IMG/VR virus record: IMGVR_UViG_3300025853_000035 | Coordinates: 1-64,000 of that record | Reading direction: 5' to 3' (one strand) | DNA from: a virus | Taxonomy: Duplodnaviria; Heunggongvirae; Uroviricota; Caudoviricetes | DNA: 64,000 bases | Part shown: positions 28,220 through 38,160 of the stretch, piece by piece | Layout: every line of letters begins with the position of its first letter | Numbering within the stretch: the stretch's first letter is position 1 | Made by a program: the position numbers and the translations under genes | The notes under the pieces: generated by a model | The model's input: the letters and a program-made list of their open reading frames with translations, nothing else | Told to the model about the DNA's origin: nothing | Databases searched by the model: none

Positions 28220-28252
28220 TAGCCCCGGAGAGCAATCTCCGGGGCTTTTTAT
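28220..28252 (+). terminator. rho-independent terminator
   Basis: AGCCCCGGAGAGCAATCTCCGGGGCTTTTTATT. Confidence 0.7.
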
Positions 28253-28305
28253 TCTCCGCACATCACGCGGCGATTAGCCATCACATTCACCGCAAAGGAA
28301 GCAAC

Positions 28306-28515
28306 ATGACTCACAGCGAACGTGACAAGCTCGCGATCACCACTATCCTCCAGCAGATGGGAGACGCGACCTATCCCGACATTGCCCTGCGCGGCGGGGA
28401 GGGACTGGCATCGCCCTTGATGGAGATGGTCTGCGCCGGCGAGGTGATCAAAGAACAGGACCCCAGCCGCCCGGTGTATCAGCAGACGCGGTATCGTCTC
28501 GCGAATGTCGATTGA
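28306..28515 (+). CDS. hypothetical protein (69 aa)
   Basis: ORF only. Confidence 0.35.
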   Translation: MTHSERDKLAITTILQQMGDATYPDIALRGGEGLASPLMEMVCAGEVIKEQDPSRPVYQQTRYRLANVD

Positions 28516-28572
28516 CGAAGAGGAACAATTGTCCTATTCCGATTCGTGTTACAGCGACACCGGAGACAGACA

Positions 28573-28926
28573 ATGGCGAACATCACCTACTTCTACGATG
28601 AGGACGAGAACCGCATCGAACTCCCCACCAAGTGGGTGATCTGCGGCACCTGCAACGGCGACGGCGCGCACTCGCGTCATCTGGGCGCGATGACCCAGCA
28701 GGACCTCGACGATTGGGACCCGGACGCGTGGGAGGACTACAAGGCCGGCGTCTATGATCGCCAGTGCGAGGCATGTGATGGTGCGGGTAAGGTGAAGGTC
28801 GCCGACACCGATCGGATGAACGCCGACCAACTCGCCCGGTGGCGTGAAGAGATGCAGGCCGAGGCGGAATACGAAGCCGAGGTTCGGGCCGAGCAGCGCT
28901 ATTTCTATGGATTGGAGGCTTACTGA
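28573..28926 (+). CDS. Cys-rich (zinc-binding) protein (starts MANITYFYDE)
   Basis: Promoter/SD copy at 28511-28572. CGTCNGDG...CEACDGAG. Confidence 0.45.
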   Translation: MANITYFYDEDENRIELPTKWVICGTCNGDGAHSRHLGAMTQQDLDDWDPDAWEDYKAGVYDRQCEACDGAGKVKVADTDRMNADQLARWREEMQAEAEYEAEVRAEQRYFYGLEAY

Positions 28927-29207
28927 TGCAGGAAATCCGCATGACCGCAACACTTCGCGCGCCGTGGATGCCGGCCGTCGGCTCTCGTGAAGAGATGATC
29001 CTGAACTTCATGACCGAGAACGGGCGCACCGGATACGAGAACGAAATCTTCGCGATCCACGACGACTTTTATCTCGTCCAGTCGGAGGCCGGGCCGGGCC
29101 ATTATCTGTGCCCGTTCGTGCAGGAAAAGCTCGACCGGATGAACAAGGAGATCGAGGAGATCGTGCAGGCCGCCGTTGATCGCTACGACGATTGGGCGAC
29201 CGACTGA
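28926..29207 (+). CDS. hypothetical protein (93 aa)
   Basis: ORF only. Confidence 0.4.
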   Translation: MQEIRMTATLRAPWMPAVGSREEMILNFMTENGRTGYENEIFAIHDDFYLVQSEAGPGHYLCPFVQEKLDRMNKEIEEIVQAAVDRYDDWATD

Positions 29208-29332
29208 TTCCTCCGCTGGCTGACAAACAAGTTTGATCAGCGATAGGTGGAATATCAGGATGACAAAATAGATTGACCGAATCGAACAACAAACCTACTT
29301 CGGTCAAGCTAGACTAATCGAAGGAGACAGAC

Positions 29333-29878
29333 ATGGACTTCGTCCGACAAGCCGTAGAACCCCTCCGGGCAGACGCGATCGAGCGCGCCCGGCAAGGGGC
29401 CGAGGAAGCGATCAAGAACGTCCACATCGCGCTCGCGGCGCATGAGTGGAACATCAACGCGGCGGCCCCTTATCCGCGCGACTTGGGTGGCGGCCTCCAG
29501 TTCTTCGCGGCGCGGGTCAAGCACAACCTGTTCCACGCGGTCACGCAGCAGGACCCGGCGCGTGGCTACCAGTCGAACAACGGCACCCGGCCGGTCTATG
29601 TCGTCATGGATGCCGAGCGCGGACAGCGCTACATCACGCAGCAGATGGAACAGGCGGCGGCCGAATACGACGCCTTCATCCTCAAGCTCATCAACAAGGT
29701 CGGCGACGTGACCGCTGCCGTGCTGCACGGCAACCACGTCTGGTCCTATTCGACGCTGATCGTCACTAAGCCGGACGGCTCTAAGGTCGCATGGCGGACC
29801 CAGCAGATTATGAATTACTCTAAGAACGGTAAGCCATTCCATCAATATCCTTCTAGGAAGGTGAAGATAGCTTCCTGA
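29333..29878 (+). CDS. hypothetical protein (181 aa); its C-terminal 23 codons run into an AT-rich inserted segment
   Basis: Promoter/SD copy at 29270-29332. The 3' end is encoded by low-GC DNA shared with the GIY-YIG element. Confidence 0.45.
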   Translation: MDFVRQAVEPLRADAIERARQGAEEAIKNVHIALAAHEWNINAAAPYPRDLGGGLQFFAARVKHNLFHAVTQQDPARGYQSNNGTRPVYVVMDAERGQRYITQQMEQAAAEYDAFILKLINKVGDVTAAVLHGNHVWSYSTLIVTKPDGSKVAWRTQQIMNYSKNGKPFHQYPSRKVKIAS

Positions 29879-30494
29879 CCGAGTAGCCCTTATGGTGCTT
29901 CCTTTTACCACTAGCTACGGAACTCATATGGCCCATCCCTAGGTTATTTTCGACGCAGTAAGCATTAAGGCTTCTTACTTCTACGACCTCTCCATTAGGA
30001 GTCGTTACCTCCCAGACATGGTCAAAAGTATCTAGGATAGCTGAGACTCTTTTCGCGGTTCGTTTTGGGTCCTCCTTGCCGCGCGTCTTCCCTAGTTTGG
30101 CCCGCCGGAGCTTGTCTCTCGTTTCCTCAGATATTGGGCTACGCCGGTAGGATGATTCTCTTATCCGGCTACGCCACTCAGGGGTCAGCCTAGGAGGCGT
30201 CTTAAACCGTGCGTCCCCTTCTCTTCGATATTGCTGGTTCAGGATCAACGGATTGTCAAAGTTGGCTTCAATGAGGCGCTGCTCATAATCGTAAGCCTCT
30301 AACGGTGTTTCAAATTCTCGGACGACATAGGCATGGAAACTAGCATACCCCATGTCTTTGACCTTCTTCGATGACGATTGATAGACACCCAGATCGTCGC
30401 TCGCGTTGTTTTTGTTCGACTCGCGGTAACCAAAGTAGAAATGGCGAGTGTCCCGGTGAACCAGTATGTAGACATAAGGAAGTGCTTCGGCCAT
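29853..30494 (-). CDS. GIY-YIG homing endonuclease
   Basis: YVYILVHRDTRHFYFGYRESNKN is a GIY-X10-YIG motif. Low GC and opposite strand to the neighbours. Confidence 0.7.
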   Translation of the reverse strand: MAEALPYVYILVHRDTRHFYFGYRESNKNNASDDLGVYQSSSKKVKDMGYASFHAYVVREFETPLEAYDYEQRLIEANFDNPLILNQQYRREGDARFKTPPRLTPEWRSRIRESSYRRSPISEETRDKLRRAKLGKTRGKEDPKRTAKRVSAILDTFDHVWEVTTPNGEVVEVRSLNAYCVENNLGMGHMSSVASGKRKHHKGYSVRKLSSPS

Positions 30495-30548
30495 GTAATT
30501 AGTATATCACATAGTTTCCGGTAAAGCTAGGTAATAGGGACCATTTGA

Positions 30549-30944
30549 TTGATCTACCACGGCAAGCCTCCCTTCCTCGAATGCTCAAGTGCCGGCGACC
30601 GTCGGTTCAGTGCATTCTACGCCCGTCTGAGGGGCAGGGAAGGGCAAACGATCGAGCAGCTATACCAAGGAGCCAAGGTCTTCTCCTGCGGCTCCACGGG
30701 CCTCTCCATCAAGGAGGCGAAGGGACTGCGCCCGGTCAACGGCCGGGAGGTGCGGGCGCTCTACGCCGCGCTGTGGGACGAGTATATCGCCGAGAACCCG
30801 GACCTGATACCGGTGCTTCTGGCGGCGACCGGGCTGGCCGATCGCTTCGGCCGGCGCGGCGGCGTCTGTCAGGCCACCGAGCTTTGGCGTATCCGCGACA
30901 GACATTTACACATGACTGTTGACGAACCGGAAGAATCGTCCTAG
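30549..30944 (+). CDS. hypothetical protein (131 aa)
   Basis: GC-rich ORF resuming just after the AT-rich endonuclease element. Confidence 0.35.
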   Translation: MIYHGKPPFLECSSAGDRRFSAFYARLRGREGQTIEQLYQGAKVFSCGSTGLSIKEAKGLRPVNGREVRALYAALWDEYIAENPDLIPVLLAATGLADRFGRRGGVCQATELWRIRDRHLHMTVDEPEESS

Positions 30945-30979
30945 TTCGGTGTCACCAACAACGACTCAGGAGACAGACC

Positions 30980-31342
30980 ATGGATTTCGACTCGATCGAA
31001 CGCGCTGAACGGGACTTCGCCAACAACTTCATCACGACCCTCGCGCTCACGCTGGGTGCGCTGCCGGTCAAGACGGCGGAGACCATGGCGAAGGCGGCCT
31101 ACAAGGTCTGCTGCGACACCTGCGTCGCCTACGGTCAGAACCCCGATTACGAGGTCTTCATGAAGACCCCGGAAGAATCCGGCGACTTCCTCGGCGGCCA
31201 GCCGGGCGTCTGGATCGTGTGTTGGGAGAGCGGCCCGTTCCAGTGGGCGATCCCCGCGAGCATGGAGATCGGCTCCACCACCGGCAAGCTCGTCGAACCC
31301 TATTACAGCTTCGACCTGACCTTCTATCCGAGCGAGGACTGA
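30980..31342 (+). CDS. hypothetical protein (120 aa)
   Basis: Promoter/SD copy at 30921-30982 (TTGACGAACCGGAAGAATCGTCCTAGTTC...AGGAGACAGACCATGG). Confidence 0.5.
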   Translation: MDFDSIERAERDFANNFITTLALTLGALPVKTAETMAKAAYKVCCDTCVAYGQNPDYEVFMKTPEESGDFLGGQPGVWIVCWESGPFQWAIPASMEIGSTTGKLVEPYYSFDLTFYPSED

Positions 31343-31343
31343 C

Positions 31344-31607
31344 ATGACCGAGTTCAGCTATAAGGATGACGACGACTTCCTTGCCGCTGGTGAGGGCGAA
31401 CTGTGGCACGTCCGGGTGATCAGCAGCCACGACGACTGCAACTATGTCGATTTCGAGGTCCGGGCCGAGACGGAGGAAGAGGCCGCCGAGAAGGCGGAGA
31501 CCGTCGCCCGGCGCAACCCGGACTATTATTTCGAGGCGGTCTCGCCGCCGACTTATCACGCCGAGCGGCGCAACATCGAACGCATCGAAGAGGAGGGCGA
31601 AGCATGA
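31344..31607 (+). CDS. hypothetical protein (87 aa)
   Basis: ORF only. Confidence 0.4.
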   Translation: MTEFSYKDDDDFLAAGEGELWHVRVISSHDDCNYVDFEVRAETEEEAAEKAETVARRNPDYYFEAVSPPTYHAERRNIERIEEEGEA

Positions 31608-32245
31608 AACTGATCGACGCGATCCGCAATGTCACCCGCCCGGCCGAGCCGGATCGGTGGCGTCACTCCGCGCCGCTGGAGGAAATCTGCGAGGCGCTGG
31701 GCATCGACTATGACTGGAACGAGCCGGAAGAACTCCAGACGCGCCTCCAGTCCTACCCGATCTTCAACTGGCTCTGCACCGACACGCACGTCGGCCTCAA
31801 CGCCATCTATTTCGATGGCGAACCGGTCGGCTGTTCCATGCAGACGGCGCGCAAGTCCAGCACCAACGTAGAATGGATTTCGGCGGAGGACGCCCGACGG
31901 GTCCGAGAAGCCATCCTGAGCTATCGGGAAGAGAAGCTTTTCGACCTGATCAAGCCGGACGCCGAGATCGGTGACGACGCTGGTGTCGCCTATACGAGTC
32001 AGGCGCTGACGAATGAGGGCACCTATCAGGGCCGGCCGGTAACGGCGCTGGTCTGGTATGACGGCCTGACCTCGCGTTCCACGCCGGAGGAGTATCGCAA
32101 GCCGGGCCGGGCCTACACTGAGGCGGTGCCCTACGCGGACGAGAAATCCAACTGCGTCCTCGTGCAGGACGGCGACGAGCAGCGGATCATCCCGATTGAG
32201 GATTTCCGCATCGCTTTCAACGTGAAAGGCGTGCAGGCAGCATGA
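31604..32245 (+). CDS. hypothetical protein (starts MKLIDAIRNV)
   Basis: Internal ATG of ORF 31403..32245. Confidence 0.4.
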   Translation: MKLIDAIRNVTRPAEPDRWRHSAPLEEICEALGIDYDWNEPEELQTRLQSYPIFNWLCTDTHVGLNAIYFDGEPVGCSMQTARKSSTNVEWISAEDARRVREAILSYREEKLFDLIKPDAEIGDDAGVAYTSQALTNEGTYQGRPVTALVWYDGLTSRSTPEEYRKPGRAYTEAVPYADEKSNCVLVQDGDEQRIIPIEDFRIAFNVKGVQAA

Positions 32246-32484
32246 ATAAGCGGGACAAGGAACGCCTTCAACGCCTGATTGACCGGGCGGCCGAGGCAAC
32301 CAGCGAACACTTCAAGGCGGTCTCCGCGCTGGATGCGTTCTGCCTATCCCACTTCGGAACCACCCCTTCCGATCTGGACGCTGACAGCATCATTGACTCC
32401 GTTCTCGGAGGTGGCGGCCTCGCCTCCGGTATGAAAGCCGAGGACTTCATCGCGATCATGGAAAACGAGGGCAACGAACCTTGA
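32242..32484 (+). CDS. hypothetical protein (80 aa)
   Basis: ORF only. Confidence 0.35.
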   Translation: MNKRDKERLQRLIDRAAEATSEHFKAVSALDAFCLSHFGTTPSDLDADSIIDSVLGGGGLASGMKAEDFIAIMENEGNEP

Positions 32485-32873
32485 AATTCTACCTCTGCCA
32501 GACTACCGACGGCCCGCAATACGTCCACCTCCAAGCGGACGCCAAGCGGATCGATCCGAAGTTCGAGACGGTCGAAGTTGATCTGACCAAGGAGGCGATC
32601 ATGAATCGCCTCAACGAGTTGATGCGACAGGCGCACTCAGGTGCCGTCCCTGACGCATCGCTGGAGGAGCCACAGGACATTCCCCCCGCACCTGTCGCTC
32701 CTCCGGCACCCAAACCGGTAGCCAAGCCTGACCGGGCCGCACGCAACGACGCCCAGATCGCATGGGAGGAGTTCATCTGGGACATCCCGGCCGGCGAGGC
32801 TTATCGCCTCAACACCTTGCAGAAGGTGATCGAAGAGCGCCGGTCCGAGATCGAGGAAGGCGTGAACGTATGA
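32481..32873 (+). CDS. hypothetical protein (130 aa)
   Basis: ORF only. Confidence 0.4.
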   Translation: MKFYLCQTTDGPQYVHLQADAKRIDPKFETVEVDLTKEAIMNRLNELMRQAHSGAVPDASLEEPQDIPPAPVAPPAPKPVAKPDRAARNDAQIAWEEFIWDIPAGEAYRLNTLQKVIEERRSEIEEGVNV

Positions 32874-33193
32874 AGGATATGCCCGAAGAAATCGCCTGCG
32901 TCGCGATCAAGTATCCCGACATCGGGACTCTTGCGCTGCCCGCGCCCGCCCGCCACCACCATGTCATGTGGACGCGGCTGTTCGTGGACGGGAAGAAGAC
33001 CGGCGGCGAAGCGAAGCAGGGGTTCCTCACCACCCACGGGCGCTTTGTCGATCGGGAAGAGGGCCTGCGGATCGCCAAGGCCAACGACCAGATCGTCGTG
33101 AAGCATGGCAACGCCAATGAACTCTATTCGGAGGACATGTGGGACACGCCGCCGGAGGCGCGCGACTACCGGATCGCCTACGCAGACGATTAG
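32870..33193 (+). CDS. hypothetical protein (starts MKDMPEEIAC)
   Basis: Internal ATG of ORF 32762..33193. Confidence 0.4.
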   Translation: MKDMPEEIACVAIKYPDIGTLALPAPARHHHVMWTRLFVDGKKTGGEAKQGFLTTHGRFVDREEGLRIAKANDQIVVKHGNANELYSEDMWDTPPEARDYRIAYADD

Positions 33194-33279
33194 TAGATTA
33201 AGTGGTGAACGAATCGGTTGACCGGGCAGTCGAATCATCCTAGATGAAGTCACAGACAGAATAAGGAGACAGACACAGA

Positions 33280-33639
33280 ATGCTTGCTTCATCTCAGGTT
33301 GCCGTAGACCGCGCCGCAGCGTCCGACGCCACCATCCTTCGCCCGATGCCGCGCCGGGGCCGTCAGGGCTTGCCGCCCATGAAGGAAAAGCCGACCGTGC
33401 GCTATTACAACACCGCCGGCTATCTGGTGCGGGAAGCCATGATCGAGACCGGCATCGACCACCACGATCTGATCCACGCACTGCTGGAGCGCGACCATAC
33501 GGTCGAAGACATCAAGGCGATGTCTCCTCGCAAGCGCCTGCAAGAATATCTGCACTGGAATTTCTACATGGACCGCGCGGACGTGATCCTTGCTGTTGCC
33601 GACGCTGCCGGCCTGACCGGGGAGGGCGCACACGCATGA
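33280..33639 (+). CDS. hypothetical protein (119 aa)
   Basis: Promoter/SD copy at 33196-33279 (GGTTGACCGGGCAGTCGAATCATCCTAGATG...AAGGAGACAGACACAGAATG). Confidence 0.5.
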   Translation: MLASSQVAVDRAAASDATILRPMPRRGRQGLPPMKEKPTVRYYNTAGYLVREAMIETGIDHHDLIHALLERDHTVEDIKAMSPRKRLQEYLHWNFYMDRADVILAVADAAGLTGEGAHA

Positions 33640-34205
33640 AAGACCTTCTCGCACTCCAGACCCGCATCAAGGCAGCTTGGGCTGACATCCATTGGCTCCA
33701 GAACCGCGACGCGACCGAACAGGATTTCACCGAACTCCTCGACGACACCAAATCGATCGTCAAGGCGCTCGATCAGATCGTCGCCCGGCGCACGCCACGG
33801 CAGGTTGGCGCGGAAACCGACTCACAGATGGTCGAGTTCCTTGAGGGCGTCACCGGCGCGGTGGATGCGGACGACTACGCCTACCACGCATTGTGGGAAC
33901 GCTTCGCTGAGGAAGCGACCAAGTTCTTCGACAGCGGTAAGCGCATCCGTTACTCGTGGGTAGCCAACACTGTCGGGCTTCGGACCTGCGTCGGCACCTA
34001 TGACGGACGCGAGTGCTGGGTCAGTCTGACCACCGCCGTCGTCGATGGACAGAAGCTCCTCTTCTATTATGGCACCAGCACCTTCGTCGATCACGACCTG
34101 ATCCGCACATGGCTGGACGCCAACATCCCCGCCACCGGCCGCCAATCGGATGGCCGCATCCATCACACCGATGCCACGAACTTCGTGAACATCCTCCGCC
34201 GATAA
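33636..34205 (+). CDS. hypothetical protein (189 aa)
   Basis: ORF only. Confidence 0.4.
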   Translation: MKDLLALQTRIKAAWADIHWLQNRDATEQDFTELLDDTKSIVKALDQIVARRTPRQVGAETDSQMVEFLEGVTGAVDADDYAYHALWERFAEEATKFFDSGKRIRYSWVANTVGLRTCVGTYDGRECWVSLTTAVVDGQKLLFYYGTSTFVDHDLIRTWLDANIPATGRQSDGRIHHTDATNFVNILRR

Positions 34206-34216
34206 GGAGACCCATC

Positions 34217-34741
34217 ATGAACCGCCGCGAAATTCTCGCCAGCATCGGCGTCGCCGCCGTGGGGGCCTTGCTGCCTACCGTCGCCTTCGCCCGCAGCACC
34301 GCCATCGAATGGGCACCCGGCACGCTCGACAACCCGCACGCCGCCTTGGTGGGGACATGGATCAACGAACGGATCGAGGAAGGCGTCCTCTACACCCGTG
34401 GTAGCAACGTCATCGACAACCAGATCGTCAAGCTGGTCATGCCGCACTTCCGAGTCGTGCCCGGCAAGCCGGTCTGGAGTTGGATGACCGGACCGACCGA
34501 CGAACCCGGCCTCGCGATCTTCATCACCGAGATGGGCGTCCCCATCACGGAGACCAGCATCCTCACCTCGAACGGGTATGAGGCGTATTTCGGCAAGCCC
34601 AAGCCGGAGCACATGCCTGACTATGCGGTCAAGCAGCCCTTCCTCAATTACGACCAGACGAAGTTGATCGAACCCTACCTCCCGAAGGGGCATATCGACT
34701 ACGACATGCGCTGGATCGAATCGTTGAAGGAGGCCCGCTGA
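34217..34741 (+). CDS. secreted protein with a twin-arginine signal peptide
   Basis: MNRREILASIGVAAVGALLPTVAFA is a Tat-type signal (RREIL followed by an h-region and AFA). Confidence 0.5.
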   Translation: MNRREILASIGVAAVGALLPTVAFARSTAIEWAPGTLDNPHAALVGTWINERIEEGVLYTRGSNVIDNQIVKLVMPHFRVVPGKPVWSWMTGPTDEPGLAIFITEMGVPITETSILTSNGYEAYFGKPKPEHMPDYAVKQPFLNYDQTKLIEPYLPKGHIDYDMRWIESLKEAR

Positions 34742-34985
34742 GCTTGGTCGAACGTAAAAGCCCTTGGGCATTCGAAGCCCCGTGGACTCCGTGGTATGTC
34801 TGGTATCCGCGTCTGATCCGCGACGAAGCGCTGGAGATCACCGCCATCATGTGGCTCGAAACCGTCGAGCGACGCCGCGTCGCTGGTCGTTGGGAATATA
34901 GGATCGCACGATAAGGCGATCCGGCCATTGACATTCTGACTTAACACAGTTACCAGAATCACTGAACAAAGAAATCGGAGTCGTA

Positions 34986-35201
34986 GTGACTGAAAACCAG
35001 CGTAACCTTGCAGTTCGCCTTTTGCGTGAACAGCACATCGCCCTTTCGCAGCGTAATGAAGTCATGCGAAAGAACTTCGGCGATCGCCTGACCAAAGCAC
35101 TCAATGCTGAGTGTGAGCAGCGTGATCGCGAGATCGAAGCCCTCGACCTGACGATCGACCTGCTCAACAAGGTCAAGGTCGTGGAAATTCGGAGTGCCTG
35201 A
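34986..35201 (+). CDS. hypothetical protein (71 aa)
   Basis: ORF after the promoter CCATTGACATTCTGACTTAACACAGTTACCAGAATC. Confidence 0.35.
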   Translation: MTENQRNLAVRLLREQHIALSQRNEVMRKNFGDRLTKALNAECEQRDREIEALDLTIDLLNKVKVVEIRSA

Positions 35202-35524
35202 CGCCGATCCGAACTCTCGTCTGCCGATCTACCGGTTGCCCCGGTATCGGACGGAAGGGACGGCCGGGGCATTCGGACGCTGGGTGGGCAGCAAGCCATC
35301 ACGCCCAGCGCCCGCAGCGCCACAGGCCGAAGTCCTCATCGGCCAGCCGGACCTGCCGCCCATCTGTTCGGGCGACGAATGCCGGCTCGGCCGCGAGAAC
35401 CCCTGCACGAAGTGGTGCCGCCTGTCAGCCCGTGCTGACAAGCCGGAGCCGGAACTGCCCAAACCGCCGTCACGTTAAAGCGTCACGACCGACATTTTGA
35501 CTTGACATAACGATCATTTTCAAT

Positions 35525-35881
35525 ATGGAGAATGTCATGTCCACCCGCCCGACCCTCAAGATGCTTTCTGGACATCAGCGAGCGGCGTCTTGCCAATTCC
35601 CTGTAGGCTCCCACTGGCGGCACCAGTCGTCGGGCAAGGTCTACGAGGTGACCGGCCACGTTACGCTTGAGGCGAGCGGGGAGGCGGCGGTGTGCTATCG
35701 CCCGGCCGAATGTGATGACCTTGAACTCCTGACCTTCGGCGAGGCCCCGTCCTCCGAAGTGGTCTTCGCGCGTCCTGCGCATGAGTTCACCGAAGCCGTG
35801 AGCTACCACGATGGCTCGGTCACCCGGCTGGGGCCGCGCTTCGTGCCTGTCATCCGCCAGACCCGGTGGGTCAGCCCGTGA
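35525..35881 (+). CDS. hypothetical protein (118 aa)
   Basis: ORF after the promoter TTGACTTGACATAACGATCATTTTCAATATGG. Confidence 0.4.
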   Translation: MENVMSTRPTLKMLSGHQRAASCQFPVGSHWRHQSSGKVYEVTGHVTLEASGEAAVCYRPAECDDLELLTFGEAPSSEVVFARPAHEFTEAVSYHDGSVTRLGPRFVPVIRQTRWVSP

Positions 35882-36002
35882 TCGCGTCCAAGACGATCGC
35901 TGCGCTGGCCGGCGTTACCGGCACACCGCCGCCACTTCCTGATCCCGGCTCGTTCCTCATCCTTGCGACAGCCTGTGCTTTGTTCGGTGAGACTCTGATC
36001 CG

Positions 36003-36473
36003 ATGGTTCCAATAACGAGTAATCTGCCCGGCGTTCTGTGCGTCGAAGTGAGTGAACTGGAGCCAGACCCGAACGCCTTATACCGCTGCTGCTTCACCGG
36101 CGGCCGGGATTTCACCGACAAGGATTGGGTCTGGCGCAACCTCTACGAACTGAACGGCTATGCCGAGGTAGGGGCGATCGCCGAGATCGGAATCGGCTGC
36201 GCCACCGGCGTGGATGCCTTGGTGCTGGAATGGGCGATCGCCAAGAACGTGGCGTGGACTCGCTACGTCGCCGATTGGGATCGGTTCGGCACCGCCGCCG
36301 GCTCCATCCGCAACACCGCCATGCTGGAGGACTTCCAGCCGGACTATCTGGGAGTGTTTCCCGGTGGCGTGGGCACGACCCACTGCGCACGAACAGCACG
36401 CAAGCTGGGGATCGAACGCGTGTTCCTTACCCCTGAGATCGATCCCTTCGAAGAGGCTTCCAAATGGGGATGA
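36003..36473 (+). CDS. SLOG/DprA-like Rossmann protein (DUF2493-like)
   Basis: YRCCFTGGRDFTDKDWVWRNL resembles the TGxRD motif of DUF2493/SLOG proteins. The assignment is tentative. Confidence 0.35.
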   Translation: MVPITSNLPGVLCVEVSELEPDPNALYRCCFTGGRDFTDKDWVWRNLYELNGYAEVGAIAEIGIGCATGVDALVLEWAIAKNVAWTRYVADWDRFGTAAGSIRNTAMLEDFQPDYLGVFPGGVGTTHCARTARKLGIERVFLTPEIDPFEEASKWG

Positions 36474-36712
36474 GAAACCAAGCGACCGTCAAGGTCATGT
36501 TCCCGGACGGCCTCCGCGAGGTCCCGGCCTACATGCAGCTTTTCGATCACGGCAACCCCTTCCGCTGCCGGGGTGGCCTGACGCCGGAGGACATGAGCGG
36601 ATGGGAATTCCACCGCATCATCGGCCGGGATTACGAGTGGGTGGCGCACGAATGCCGTCGCCCTGCCGACCCTGAACCCTTTCTTTTCGCCGTCGCGGCG
36701 GGCTGGGAATAA
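36464..36712 (+). CDS. hypothetical protein (82 aa)
   Basis: ORF only. Confidence 0.35.
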   Translation: MGMRNQATVKVMFPDGLREVPAYMQLFDHGNPFRCRGGLTPEDMSGWEFHRIIGRDYEWVAHECRRPADPEPFLFAVAAGWE

Positions 36713-36713
36713 C

Positions 36714-37934
36714 ATGAGCATCCGCAAGTCCATCACGCATCAACTCAAGCACAACAGCGCCCTCCACGGCGCGATCCTGTCCGGTGGCGCGGCGCTCATC
36801 ACCAAGCTCTACGAGGCATATCAGGAGCGGCAGGTGCTTCGGGTCCGGTTCAATTCGGACATGCCTGACTATGCCGCCATCACGCGCTACATCACCGATC
36901 ATCTGCTCGACACCGAGCGGAGCCGGTCCTTCACCTATTCGGCGGACAGCCGCTGGCGGGACGGCGAGGAAACCACCGAGAACCAGACGCTGGCGATCGG
37001 CTACGGCAACCACGCCGGGCGCTTCCGTGGCACCCTGATCGAAGTGGAGCGATCCCTCGACGAGAGCAACCGGGCGGGGACGTTCAAGGAAACGCTGGTC
37101 GTGACCTTCATCACTCGCGACAAGGCCGTCGTCCGGGATTTCATCGACGAACTGGTCAAGATCACCAGCGCCGGGTCGGCCGTGTTCAAGCACGTCCCAA
37201 TCTACACCAACACTTCGTCCTATTGGGATCGCACCGGCAAGCTGCCCCTGCGTTCGATCGAGAGCGTGTTCACGGCGGACGACGCCGGGCAGCATGTGGT
37301 GGACGCCGTCCGCGCCTTCGAGGCCAAGAAGGATGAGCATCACCGCCTCGGCCTGCCCCATCACATCGGCATCCTCCTGCATGGCGAACCGGGCTGTGGT
37401 AAGTCGAGCCTGATCCATGCCGTCGCCTCCGAACTCCAGCGGTCGATCTATTATCTCAATCTGGGGTCGGTCACCGACGACTCCTGCCTCACGAGCCTGC
37501 TGGCCGGGACGCGTGATTGGTCGAAGGCGCTACTGGTGCTGGAGGACATCGACGCAACCGGCGTGATGGTCAACAGGGCCGAGGGAGGCGCTGAGAAGGG
37601 CAAGAAGAAGAAAGACAAGGCGAAGGAGCAGGACGCGGCGGTAACCGCCTCCAGCAGCCCTGTGAGCCTGTCTGTGCTGTTGAACTCGCTGGACGGCATC
37701 CTGTGCCCGGACGGTCTCGTCGTCATCGCCACCACCAACCACCTCGACCGGCTGGACCCGGCCCTGCGCCGCCCCGGCCGCTTCGATCACCTGATCGAGC
37801 TTGGCAAGCTGGGCTATGACGATTTCGTCCGCATGGCCCGCCTGTTCGGCAAGGACCCTAACCAGTTCCTCGTCGCAAATGACGTGGAGATGACCGGGGC
37901 ACAGATGCGCGCGATCCTGCTGGATGTCGCATAG
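36714..37934 (+). CDS. BCS1-like AAA+ ATPase
   Basis: Walker A GILLHGEPGCGKSS, Walker B ALLVLEDIDA, and SLLNSLDGI...VVIATTNHLDRLDPALRRPGRFD (sensor/arginine finger typical of BCS1-type AAA). Confidence 0.75.
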   Translation: MSIRKSITHQLKHNSALHGAILSGGAALITKLYEAYQERQVLRVRFNSDMPDYAAITRYITDHLLDTERSRSFTYSADSRWRDGEETTENQTLAIGYGNHAGRFRGTLIEVERSLDESNRAGTFKETLVVTFITRDKAVVRDFIDELVKITSAGSAVFKHVPIYTNTSSYWDRTGKLPLRSIESVFTADDAGQHVVDAVRAFEAKKDEHHRLGLPHHIGILLHGEPGCGKSSLIHAVASELQRSIYYLNLGSVTDDSCLTSLLAGTRDWSKALLVLEDIDATGVMVNRAEGGAEKGKKKKDKAKEQDAAVTASSSPVSLSVLLNSLDGILCPDGLVVIATTNHLDRLDPALRRPGRFDHLIELGKLGYDDFVRMARLFGKDPNQFLVANDVEMTGAQMRAILLDVA

Positions 37935-38160
37935 CCCCGTCGTCCGGGACGAATATGGACTCCGTGTGGTCCGCTTGTCCCCGCTCCGCACCCGGCGGCT
38001 CCTCCAGATGGCTGAGCACCCCGGTTTTCACCACAAGGCATTCTACAGCCAATACTGCCGCCTCATAGAAGAGGGCTGGGTAGGGTGGGTGATTGGGATG
38101 GCTTACCTCAAACCCGACGGCCAGCAGCATCTGGCCGCCATGCTACAGGAAGGAATCTAA
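37924..38160 (+). CDS. hypothetical protein (78 aa)
   Basis: ORF only. Confidence 0.35.
   Translation: MSHSPVVRDEYGLRVVRLSPLRTRRLLQMAEHPGFHHKAFYSQYCRLIEEGWVGWVIGMAYLKPDGQQHLAAMLQEGI

Noticed and set aside
36618-37418. 266-aa minus-strand ORF
   Set aside because: Antisense to the BCS1-like AAA ATPase gene.
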